Shown here one piece after another: positions 1-11,100 of a stretch of DNA of 64,000 bases; position 1 is the first letter of the stretch, and every line of letters begins with the position of its first letter. The notes beneath the pieces are model-generated. The model made no database searches and was not told where the DNA came from. It worked only from the letters and a program-made list of their open reading frames with translations. The DNA comes from Narcine bancroftii (Eukaryota), in NCBI RefSeq assembly GCF_036971445.1, contig NC_091476.1:6572001-6636000 (forward strand), written 5' to 3'. A program made the position numbers and the translations under genes.

Positions 1-575
1 TTTCAAAAATATATATTATGAGTCCCCATTTAATTTTTTTTCTCTTAATTCATGAGAAATTAAAAATACAAAACATACTGTATGATCTCTACCGATGTCC
101 CTTTCCTGATCAATCAGAGCAAGACTGGTAGGACACAATTAATGAATAAAGGCAAGCATGAAACAACCTTTCAGTGTTACTGCCTCTTCTCACCCCTGTG
201 GTTTGCAGGCATGTTTTAGAATGGATATATCATTCAACCGTCCATTTGTGTGATTTATCACACTGGAATATTAATGCAATGTGTTACCAGTGACTTTATA
301 TACAAATAAATCTGGCACTAAAAGATAAAGTATATCTTTGAAGTTTAGCTATTTGAAAGGAAAACATATTTAAAAAAGGAAATTATTGTGATAATTGGAG
401 AATAACTTCATAGTCACTAGGGAACAACTTCACAGAACATTTTCAAGATTTAAGTTGGCAAGTTCAAGTCCATCTCATAAATGTATCTTTCTGACAGAGT
501 TTAGACACCAAAAGAAGGTTCTTCCCTGTGATAGTACAGACCTATCACCAATGTATATATTTACAGTATCTAGAG

Positions 576-753
576 TGTAATGACCGTGCTTACAGCGATT
601 GGCTGAGAGCTTAGCCACGCCTACTGTCTGGGCCTTAGAGGGTTGTGTCCCTAGCCAGGTCGGATCATTCCGGACTGGTCGGCCACCTGTGAAGAGCTAA
701 TAAAAGCCTTGGTTTGGATCAACAAGTCTTTGGTTCTTTCGACGAGCTCTACA
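576..753 (+). mobile_element. Short solo-LTR-like element
   Basis: TGTA...TACA ends, GC/CpG-richer than flanks, internal ATTGG and AATAAA; no TSD found. Confidence 0.4.
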
Positions 754-1495
754 TTCCTACATTAGGCATAACTTCTGACCTCTGACTTGCTACCTGTGTT
801 GGAATTTCACAAGGTACTGTTATCAAGTGCAAAGATGTTCTTTTGCCTTTGACATCATTTGATACTGATGTTTTATGAGACCCTGGTCTGTTTCCTTTTA
901 AAACTGAAAATGAAGAGTGAATGGTTATAGGCAGAGGAAGGTGAAACCCCTGATTAGGATGTGGTTGAGAAAAGATACTCTTTGAGATTATATTCACATG
1001 ACCTTCAGCTGCAAGAAGAGTTCAGCTGGGGTCATTCACTACAAATGCACTCGCCCACCTTGAAACACTGTTTATTATAACTCCTGTTAGTCCCTCCCTC
1101 AATCCATCCATTTTTCACTTCCTTTCCTCCTGTAAAACAGATGGAACCATCTGACTCAGTGTCTATTTTCAAATGTCTCGTAATTTCAATATATTAAAGT
1201 CTCACATATACACGCTGATTTCATTTTGGCATAAAAAATAAAAGTTCAGCCCCCATCCTGTTTCATATCAATTTTGTTCATCACCCTGTGTATTAAAAAA
1301 AATGTGGGTCTTCTGATCGAAAAAGTACGTTTGCAGAAAATACTAAATATAGAAAGGAGTAAAAGAAACAGCAGATGGTGTATTGATTGCTTCTGGAATC
1401 CTAAAGGAAATGGTGGAGAAGATAACAGAAACCTTACAAGTTACATTTCAGCATTCTACATATTTATAGCACAGCTTCAGACATCATTAAATTAC

Positions 1496-1552
1496 CTTGC
1501 TGAATGGTGCTTCTCTCAGTATTAGGGATCAGCTGTAAGAAAGATAGTTGCT
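1496..1552 (-). CDS. TNFSF13B-like exon 3 (KQLSFLQLIPNTERSTIQQ), first strand of the TNF homology domain
   Basis: ctttgtag|AG...CAAG|gtaatt, 57 nt, phase 1-1, LQLI motif. Confidence 0.85.
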
Positions 1553-4500
1553 CTACAAAGAAAGGATATTAATTTTAGATTAATTATAATCACAGTCCCC
1601 TCTGATAATTGATCACTAATATTTTGAGATTTGATTACATTTCCTTATTTGTTTCTCCAAATGAGGTAATCCATGTTTCCATGTCTGAAACTTTGAATCT
1701 AAAGTGTAATTCCCTGCTGTAGGTCCCACTCAGGATTATTGTCAAAAACAGTCAAGACCCTCAATAAATGTCAAGATCTTACTATTAATGCAAATGAAAC
1801 CATTAAACCGGTGGTTCTTAACCTTTTTCTTTCCACTCACACAATTAAGTAATTCCTATGTCACCAGTGCTCTGTGATTAGTAAGGTGGCATGTGGGTGG
1901 GAAGGGAAGGTTGAGAACCACTGCTCTAGACCCAATTGTTACTGAAATATTTTGCTTGAGAAAAGTTGTCATTGGCCTATTTCCTTTGGAGTTCTGAAAC
2001 CATGCACATAACGAGTCAATGAGGTACAATTAAAACAGTGGTTTTCAAACTTTTTCTTTCCACCCACATACCACCTTAAGCAATCCCTTACTAATCACAG
2101 AGCACCTATGGCATAGGGAACACTTAAAGTGGTACGTGAGGGGAAAGATAAAGGTTGAGAACCACTGCATTAATCAATTTGTAATTCCACCAGTATAATG
2201 TGTGTTTTTTTCCCAAGCAGCAAAACAAGTTTTTACCTTTCTACTACCATGGGATACATTTCCCGTCCTCCCCCTCAGAGATCCTTGGCATTGAAAACAA
2301 AAGCAAATGCAGATACTACAACTGGGAACAAAAACTGAATCTGGAAGAACTCAACAGGTCAAGCACTTGACATTGCTTTTTCATTTAGAAAATTACATTC
2401 ACTCTCCTCAAGTCTCTCACTTCCAGACATAATTTTCTTGATCGTATCCATCTAGAGAATGTGTGTCATGTTGGTATGCTGGAGTGGCTAGAGAAAGATT
2501 ACTTGAGAAAATCCTCAGCTACTGTTTTACCCCACATGTTCATTAGAAATAGAATGTTCATCATTGCATTTTCATAGAAATTCTTTGGAGAGCACTGTTC
2601 CCAATTCTCTTGGAGTGAATCAAGCCCACCACCAATTGAGTTGATAGTTTGACTGAATGTTTTACATTCCACCTTTTTTTCATTTTGCCATCACATGAAT
2701 GGAAAAGTAAATAGGCCATGATGGAAATAAAGCCTGCTGATCTGCAATTAGACGATTGCCGAATTGGCATTACATAATCATAACTGGTTCAAAGCAAAGT
2801 ATGAAAAGGCATCACCAGACATACCCAAAGATGAAGCTACAACACAGGATGTTATAGTTATGAAGCCTCATGCAACAAAGTGACCCCATGATGAATGGAG
2901 CAGAACAAAGGCCTGCAATCCTGTCACATTTAGTCATGAAAAGTGATGGGCAATTGAACAGCTCATAAAAGGAGCTGGCTCCAAGACAATTCTCACAGTT
3001 AATAATGGGAAGAGTCTGCCTATGCATACAAGGACCACGTGATACATTTGCAGTGACCTTCAGCCACAAGAGCTTTTGGAATGATCCACTTTGATTCCCT
3101 CCTCAATTCCCCACCATTGTAGAAGACAGTCTTCGGACAATTCACTTCTCTCCCTGTGATACTCAGATCATGCTGGGGGCAGTGACTCTTATGGGACTCA
3201 TCAAAATCTTGTTGTAGACATATTACAGAGCTGGCTATACCTCCAGCATCACTGTTCTTATGCAGGTTCACACTGACATTTGCACAACTATGTGAAAATA
3301 TGCCCAGAAGGTACTACCTATCCAGTCCAACATGATGGAAGATGCCACTTGTAACTGGGGTACATTTTCAAGAAGCGCCAGGCAATTTGATGATCAAATT
3401 CAAGTGAACTGGTTTATAATTTTCTATTTTGCCTCTCCCATTTTTTTTTCCTCGAGGTGTTACATTTGCTGCTTTACTATTCGTTGGGAACTATTGCAGA
3501 ATGTAGTAAGTACAGTAAAATCCTGGTAATCTGGAATTCAAGCATCTGGCAGCCTCAAGCAAGCAGCAAAAAAATAAATTGCGGAAAATAAAAAGGTAAA
3601 AAATATGAAAATGTAAAATTACCCCCAACCCCCAGAGGTTAGTTTGCCAAACATGCAACATAGAATTTCAAGCAACTGGCAAATCCACTGATCTGGCATC
3701 TCCCAATTCCCATAAATGCTGGATACTAGGGATTTAGCTGTATTATTGTAGAGGAATGTACAAAATATTTGGTACTGAGGCATAACATGAGAGATCAGTG
3801 CAAATGGCCAAAGGTTTGCTCAAAGAATCACAATTCAAGGATTAATTTAAAGGTGAAAAGAGAATTAGATTGAGAAGCTTAGAGAGGGAATTTATGTGAT
3901 TAGGGCTTTGACTACTGAAGGCCAAGCCAGCAAGGGATAAGAAATTAAATCTGCAATGTGCAGGTACTCAGGTTTTGGAAGAGCATAAATATCTGTAGGA
4001 TGGGAGGGCTGGAAGAGGTTCCAGAGTAGCAAGCAAGGATTGTTCGATGACAATTTGAACATTGAAAACAGTTTTGAATGACCTCGTTTCTGGGAGGTAG
4101 AGGCTGTCTGAGAAGCAAATAGTTTTGGGGGGTTTTTCTTTTATGTTGTGCTAATAATATATTTTTTTTAATGTGGGTTAACAGGTTATAATTTTTGATT
4201 ATTGACATTGTTACTTAAAACCATTCCAACGACAACATGTTTTCAGTCTTTTCCCTTTTGTGTGGGAAATAGCTAGTTTTTATTTTGGTTTATAATTTTA
4301 AAGTAATTTGCTTACTTTCACAAAGTGTAGCATTTCTTCTTTTTCTTGTAAGACTCCTGAATTCATTTCTGTCATTATTCAGATTGATTAACTCTTCTCT
4401 CATTTGGAATTGGGCATTTCTCTCATTTTTCAGATTTTCTGGCAGATCTTCCTAAGGAGAATTACGAACAAAATATAAATAGAAAAAAAAAGTTGGCTTT

Positions 4501-7500
4501 ACCTCTGGAAAAAGATCCTTAGATCCTCACCCATCATTCTTCATATGTAATTGTGTACAGTGAATGTTAAAATGCTGTTTCACTGTGGGAGGTGGGAGGC
4601 GTGATCAACTCCCAACATTTTTTGATCGGAGATATTGCCAGTCCATTCCAGGAACTTTGGGTGACCTCTGTGGTGCCAAATTGATGCTCACCAGCTGTTG
4701 CCCAAGCAGTTTACCCAGTCCATTGTACCTACCTGGTTCCATGGGGTTCAGACAAAGTGTATCAAATTTTGGAATGTATCTGGACACGATGGTGAACCTT
4801 GCTCCTCCCCTTCTACTCCATCGAAACACTAATCTCGGAGGCACGCTAACCTTTTACTGTCATGAGGCTCCTGAGTCTTGCTGACATCTCTGCTTTGGCT
4901 GTCCCATCAGGCAGAGAGGGCTGTGAGCAGTGGTTTGGGTGCAGGAAGAATTAAGTAAGGTCTTGCCCACTCTGATGGCTCTTGGACAGCTCAAACTGAC
5001 AGAAAGCCTTTTCATTGTTTCCAATTATCTCTGACGATCAGAGATTTTAAGAAACATTTGGAAAAATGTAAATAACTTCTGAAATCTTAAAAGTTATCAA
5101 TGCAAATTAAAATCATAAATTAACTTTAAAAACATTGCTGTTGTGAAGTAATTGAAATATTAACATTGAATAAAATAGCAAAAACACCGTCATTTGCCTT
5201 TTCAAATTAATGTCAAATGATGCCATTCAAAGGCCCTGGCGTGCAGGTGAAGGATGGGATACAAAGTGGATCCAGATTTTCAGGTCAGTAAATTATGGAA
5301 TAAATGTGTCATCCAAAGGCTGAGCAAGAGGTTAGATGCACCCAAATCCTAACTGGAGCACATTCCATTTTTAAGTGCTGCAGCTCACAAACCCAAAAGT
5401 CTGGAATGTGGTGGCACACGTACGGCAGCTAGTCAACAAGCAGTTCCCTCTGGAACTAGCAGCCGGCCATCCATACAGTCTGGCCTACATCATCTCAGTT
5501 CAATTAAGTTATCTGTCTAAACCATTCCTTAGCGTGGGCTCAACCATTCCTGCTCTTTCAGGATCTTATGTTTGGAGCAGAGTCTCAAGTAATAACAAAG
5601 AATGTTGAGAAACACTTTTTAGTGGCTTGATACTGCCTCCTCATTAGTAGAGAACATAGAACACTACGGCACAGTATAGCCTTCAATGTTGTGTCCAGCT
5701 ATATATTCTTTAAAAAAGAACTAAACCCTCCTTACCCTATCCAGGTGCCTATCTAACAATCTCTTAAATGTCCCTAATGTTTCAGTCTCCACCACCATCC
5801 CCAGCAGGGCAATCCAGGCACCCACAACTCTGTGTAAAAAAAAAACTTATCCCTGATGTCTCCCCTAAACTTCTCTCCCTTTACTTTGTACATGTAACCT
5901 CTGGTGTTTACTATTCCCACCCTGGGAAACGGGTACTGGCTGTCCACTCTATCCATGCCTCTCATAATCTTGTAGACCTCTATCAAGTCCCCTCTCATCC
6001 TTCTACACTTCAAAGAGAAAAATCCCAGTTCTACTGACCTTGCCTCATAAGACTAATTTTTCAATCCAGGCAACATCCTGGTAAATCTCTGCTGCACTCT
6101 CTCCATAGCTTCCACATCCTTCCTATAATGAGGTTACCAGAACTGAACACTATTCTAAATGTGTTCTCACCAGAGATTTGTCGAGTTACAACACAACCTC
6201 TCTTCTCCTGAACTCAATCCCCCTATTAATGAAGCCTAGCAACCCTTAGGCCTTCTTAACTATCCTATCAACCTGAGTGGCAACTTTGAGGGATGTATGG
6301 ATTTGATCCCCCAAGGTCCATCTGTTCATCCACACTTTTAAGTAACTGACCATTAACCCTGTACTCAGCCTTCTGGTTTGTCCTTCCAAAATGTATCACC
6401 TCACATTTATCCAGAACAACTTCCTGTTCCTACCCTCTCTGGTGCATGGCACAGGCAGCAATCCTGAGATTACCATCCTTGAGAACCTGTTTTTTAAATT
6501 TCTTTCCTAACTCCCTATATTCCCTCTTCAGGACCTCATCCCTACTCCTGTCTATGCCATTGGTCCCCACGTTGGCCACAACATCTGGCTGCTCACCCTC
6601 CAGCATGCTGTGAACTCTATCAGAGACATCCCTGACCCTGGCACCTGGGAGGCAACGTACCATCCGGGAGCCTCGATCTTATTCCCCAAACCTCCTATCT
6701 GCTCTCCTGCCCAATGAGTCGGCCAGCCTCCGAGCCAAAGACATGACCACCACGACATGTCCCTGGTAGATCATTTCCCCAACAGTATCCAAACAGTGTA
6801 CTTGTGGTTGAGGGGAACAGCCACAGGTGTGCTCTGCACTTTCTGCCTCTTTCCCTTCCCTTTCTTAACAGACACCCCTGAAGCTCCTCTGCCTCCCAAA
6901 TCAGCTGGAGTTCATCCAGCTCCATTTCCCTAACACGGTCTCCCAGGAGCTGCAGCTGGATACACCTCTTTCAGGTGAAGTCATCAGGGACAATTGTGCT
7001 GTCCCAGACTTCCCACATCTTGCAATCAGAGCACTCAACTGCCCGAGCTGCCGACTCCATTAACTCTTCCGAATTACGTTCAAAGATCTTACCTTAGTGC
7101 AGGGTTTGGAAGCCTATGGCCCAAAGGCTGCAGACCGGAAATCTGGCCTGTGTTCTAAATTTATCCGTACAGTGTCACTGCCGCCCTCCCACCCCCAGTC
7201 CAACACCTCCAAATAAATCAATGCAGCCCACCATTCAATCACTGACTCACCATCTGTCCTGCACATGGTAAAAGGTTGTCCCGTCCCGTCCCTCCCCTCA
7301 GCGGAATCAAGCTTGTCCTCAGCCTCTGCTCACCAAAGCCTCTAACTCCCACTCCAACACTGGGCCATGTACACAGGCCATTCTGCTTGAGCTTTCCCTC
7401 TTTTCATTTGTCACTACCTATGACCTTAATTACTCTTCCCACCAATCACTATATGTAGAACAAATATTTGGAAAAATTAGCAGATATGTATACACATGAA

Positions 7501-7991
7501 ATGATATGTCAACTGACATTGGGGTTTGGGGGTTTTTGCTGTGAGTAAGCTATTTTTCCATCTATCCTGGTTTATTGCCTTTATCAACATAAAGTTGTCA
7601 TTCTCTACTCGAGTCGTCACAAAGTTCTTTGGTGTCACTTCTTGACTTCAATTCATTTTGACAACTGAGAATGGAAGATGACATTTTGAATTTACTCCTG
7701 TAACTAAAACAAAACTGAAGAGATTTAGTGGAAGTATTTCCTTACCATTTCTTTTTCATGTTGCATTGAGCTATCCCCCACATTTATTCCTGTCCTCTTG
7801 TTAAAAACATGAAGCTGGTTATGGACATTTGCCAGTTCACTCCGTAGATCCCGTAGTTGCTGCATCAGTATCAATAGAAGTGACAAACAGCATAAAACAG
7901 CTAAGAAAAGGATAACAACACTTATAACAAACCCTCTCATGAGAGATCTGGTCCTTGATTCCGGTAAATTATTCCAGTATTTGGTTTGCAT
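1496..7991 (-). CDS. BAFF/APRIL-family TNF superfamily ligand (TNFSF13B-like, probably BALM), 5' partial: join(7991-7746,4451-4316,1552-1496); remaining TNF-domain exons expected left of the window
   Basis: Three phase-compatible exons encode a type II TM segment, a stalk with furin site RKRR, then KQLSFLQLIPNTERSTIQQ. The last aligns with BAFF TQDCLQLIADSETPTIQK and is a 57-nt phase 1-1 exon like BAFF exon 3. Confidence 0.85.
1809..2167. mobile_element. hAT-type MITE (copy 1)
   Basis: TIR C(A/G)GTGGTTCT(C/T)AAC...GTTGAGAACCACTG; 8-bp TSD cattaaac/cattaatc. Confidence 0.88.
3513..3740. mobile_element. Tc1/pogo-type MITE (related partial copy at ~60364-60510)
   Basis: TA|CAGTAAAATCC...GGATTTAGCTG|TA; shared internal gcggaaaataaa..ggtaaaaaata. 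Confidence 0.75.
4316..4451 (-). CDS. TNFSF13B-like exon 2 (EDLPENLKNERNAQFQMREELINLNNDRNEFRSLTRKRRNATLCE), furin site
   Basis: ttctccttag|GAA...GAA A|gtaagc, 136 nt, open in phase 0->1, RKRR. Confidence 0.85.
5652..7060 (-). mobile_element. CR1 LINE with internal deletion (ORF1 esterase region joined to ORF2 3' end)
   Basis: CLPGARVRDV...VGTN (SGNH ORF1) at 6430-6663 directly adjacent to ORF2 C-terminal RRMRGDLIEVYKIMRG at 5774-6013. Confidence 0.82.
7746..7991 (-). CDS. TNFSF13B-like exon 1: short cytoplasmic tail, TM helix, coiled stalk (MQTKYWNNLPESRTRSLMRGFVISVVILFLAVLCCLSLLLILMQQLRDLRSELANVHNQ...QHEKEM)
   Basis: ORF 7725..8033; ACA ATG start, ~23-aa hydrophobic segment followed by QLxxLRxEL as in BAFF/APRIL, ATG|gtaagg donor. 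Confidence 0.82.
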
Positions 7992-8039
7992 TGTAATTAA
8001 ATAGTTTATGTCTAGTTCCAGCCACTGATACAATTCCTT

Positions 8040-8130
8040 TACTCAACAGAGGAAGTCTGTATGACAGAATGCATTATTTTGCAATGAGAACAGGAAATTG
8101 TATTTCGTAGAAATATTTGCATAATTAAAT
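8040..8130. promoter_or_regulatory. Putative leukocyte-type proximal promoter of the TNFSF13B-like gene
   Basis: AGAGGAAGT (PU.1/ETS) 8048-8056, ATTTTGCAAT (C/EBP-like) 8076-8085, ACAGGAAAT 8090-8098 and octamer ATTTGCAT 8115-8122, all 57-131 bp upstream of the ATG. Confidence 0.55.
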
Positions 8131-11100
8131 TTTTAAAAGGGCATTATCATTTAGTTAGGACTAAGTTTCAAAATTGAGCATAGGTGATTTTTAATCAATA
8201 GTACCAACCTAAAATTAAGTACTTAATGCAATGTATTTTCCACATTAGTTTTAAATATGGGTGAATGAATAATAAAATAAAGCCCATCCCTCATTTTAGT
8301 GAGTTATGTTTATCACAACATTATAAAAAAACACCCCATTTTGCTTGTTTGCTGGCTGATAGACAATGTTTGGAAAGATGTACCAAATTTTGATGAATGG
8401 TAAGCAGAAATCTTCAATACTTACTCTTGGAATGTCGATGTTTCTCATAAGGCTGCTGTTTATCAACTAGTCTTACCTGCCCTCGAGAAGATGGTTGTTA
8501 ATATTCTCCTTGAATCATTAAATCATTTTGGCATTGGCGTTCCCAAAATTTAGGGCCCCGGAAGAGAACCAGAGAATCACAAAAATGATTCTAAGCTTTT
8601 GAAATAGTTCATTTACTCAGGTTAGAACAATAGACACTTAATAGTGACCTATCAGATGTCCTTGATTAATTAACAATTCCCTCACTTGATTGGTCCAAAG
8701 CATCAGGTTGAGGAAGACCATGTTTAATCATAGCTGGGATGCTATGTTGCTCTTCTTTACCCAGAGATTAATGGAAAGTTTTGCCTGCTGGTGTGATATT
8801 GCTGAACTTGTTCTCCGGGTGAAGGTGAAGGAAGTTGCTTCACAAAGAAGAAGGTTAATCTTCTAAACTAGTTTTGATTATATCAAAGAGGCAGAGGGCA
8901 GACTATGTTTTTATTTTTTTATTTCTTACCTTCTGGGGAGGTGGGAGAGAGACAGTTTAATTTTGATGACCAAGCTATCATATAAATCAAGGTTACCATG
9001 CAATTCCCCAAGATCCCTTGAATTCTAAGTATAAACTCAATTTATTCAATTTTTATTCATTGGACAACTAGCTCACCATTGAAATTGATTATGCTGAACA
9101 CCAAGCAAAGTTTCCCCTCTCTTATCGCAGCAAAACAGAACATATTACTCCAAGAATGGGCTCACCAAACCTCTGGACTTTACTACAAGACTTTCTTATT
9201 CTTGCCCTCCGCCTACTACAAACAAAAATCAGCATAGCATTTTCTTGCTGAAACTACAGATGTCAATCATAGCAAGATATAATATGCAAACTGGCCATTT
9301 GGCCCAACTCAACCACTGACCCTTTCATCATAATCCAGTCTCCCAGCTCCCAACAATGCGTACACTGCAATGCCCAGGCACATAAATACAAAGACCCAGC
9401 TTTAATCACTAAGGCTTGTTGCATGTACTCAACTTTCTCTGGATGAAGAATGTTCCCCCACCGACACCCCCCCCCCAACCCCACCTCATATCACCACTGA
9501 ATATCTAATGCTTTACTTTAAACCTGTGTCCTCTAGTTTTATTTACCTCTGATAGGGTGGACTGCAGGAAACTTTTCTCTTATCTATACCCCTCATAATT
9601 TGATATGATCGTGCCCCTTCTTGATCGTGTTCACTCCAGAAAGAAGATTCAGATTTATTGTCCACATGCACGATATCACATACAACCCTGAGATTCCTCT
9701 TTCCTGTGAGTACTAATTGGTAGAGCAAAAAAATAAACTGTACATAGCGTGAACATGTAAACAAACAACTGTAAATAGATAACAAATGTAAACAAACTGA
9801 CCTACATTCTCCAATTTCTCGTAGTAATTGAACTGTTCCATCCCAAGCAACGTCCTGGTGAACCTCCTCTGCACCCACACCAGTGTTAACACATCCTTCC
9901 TCTGATATGATGACTAGTCAAGATTGTTGGAGCACAATGCCCCTACTCTGGATTGGATATTCCATATGCCTATCATCTTTGATCTCTGGACTGGACCAAG
10001 ATTCTGAGTTCCTCAGTATTCCTGAAGAAGTGATGGTGTCTGCCCAGTCTCATTAGTGTTGCCAAAATGTATCACCTCACATTTGTCTGGATTAAACTCC
10101 ATCTGCCATTTTTCAACCTACTTCATCAACATGCTGCCATCTCTGGAGCCTAAGCCTACCTTCCATTATCAAGAATTCTGCCAGTTATTGTCCCATCATA
10201 AACTTAATGATCACTCTTCCCACATCCACATCCAAGTCATTCTGCAAGGCAGTACGAGTCCTCTCAGCTTTCTCTGAGTACCACAATTTACTAGTTTTGT
10301 GCTTTTTTTCATATTCTGTTTTACAATTCTTCCTATTAAATTAAAAACCATTTTTGAAATCTTTCCTGGTCTTGCTTACGTAAACTAACTTTTTTCAGAC
10401 CTGATTGATCCTCCTCAGAGTTCACTTTTCCAATTACATTTCTATTGCCTACTGATTTTCTAGAGCAATGTCCCTCCAAAAGTTGCCAAGATGGAAGGAA
10501 GGCAGTGGAGACCTGCAAACTCCCACCCAGCATTCTCCATGGGAATGGATACCCTGTAATTTGGACACCAACCCAAGTGGATTAATGACATACTTGGTCA
10601 GCTATAAGGCAGCAGAAATGAAAACCAAACACATTTTCAGTACAAACCAGACCAGTAGAGAGAAGCAAGGGTGGCGTGGCTAGGCCTATGGGCAGGAGGC
10701 TGGGCTTCTCATGGCAGAAGGCAGGATGCTAGAATTAGTCACTTGTTTAGTGTTTCTGATTTGGCTTTTTGTTGGATATTTAAAAAGTTTCACTGCTAAT
10801 TGTGACATCAGGAGCTAACTGGCCTCCTGTCATATCAACAAACCCCCGTACTCCAATCACCTTTCCTCTCATCATACCCAATTAATACTGTGGGTCTGTC
10901 CTCCTCCCTGTGGCCATTCTTCCCTCCTCCCCAGCCTTTTCATTCAGCCACCTGTCTGCATTTTACTCATATCAAATCATTGGTGATATATCTTTATGGA
11001 CACTGCAAAGCCTACTGAATTCCTCCAACATCTCCATGTTTTTACTAGGAATTAGTGAACTGCCCAATTCATAAATGCATATTGCCTGACAGTGAGCCTG

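Noticed and set aside
794-903. Possible exon 4 of the BAFF-like gene (phase-compatible, contains RTSLHLI)
   Set aside because: It lacks the expected VPW/G.YF.Y.Q residues and has a weak donor; the true exon probably lies left of the window.
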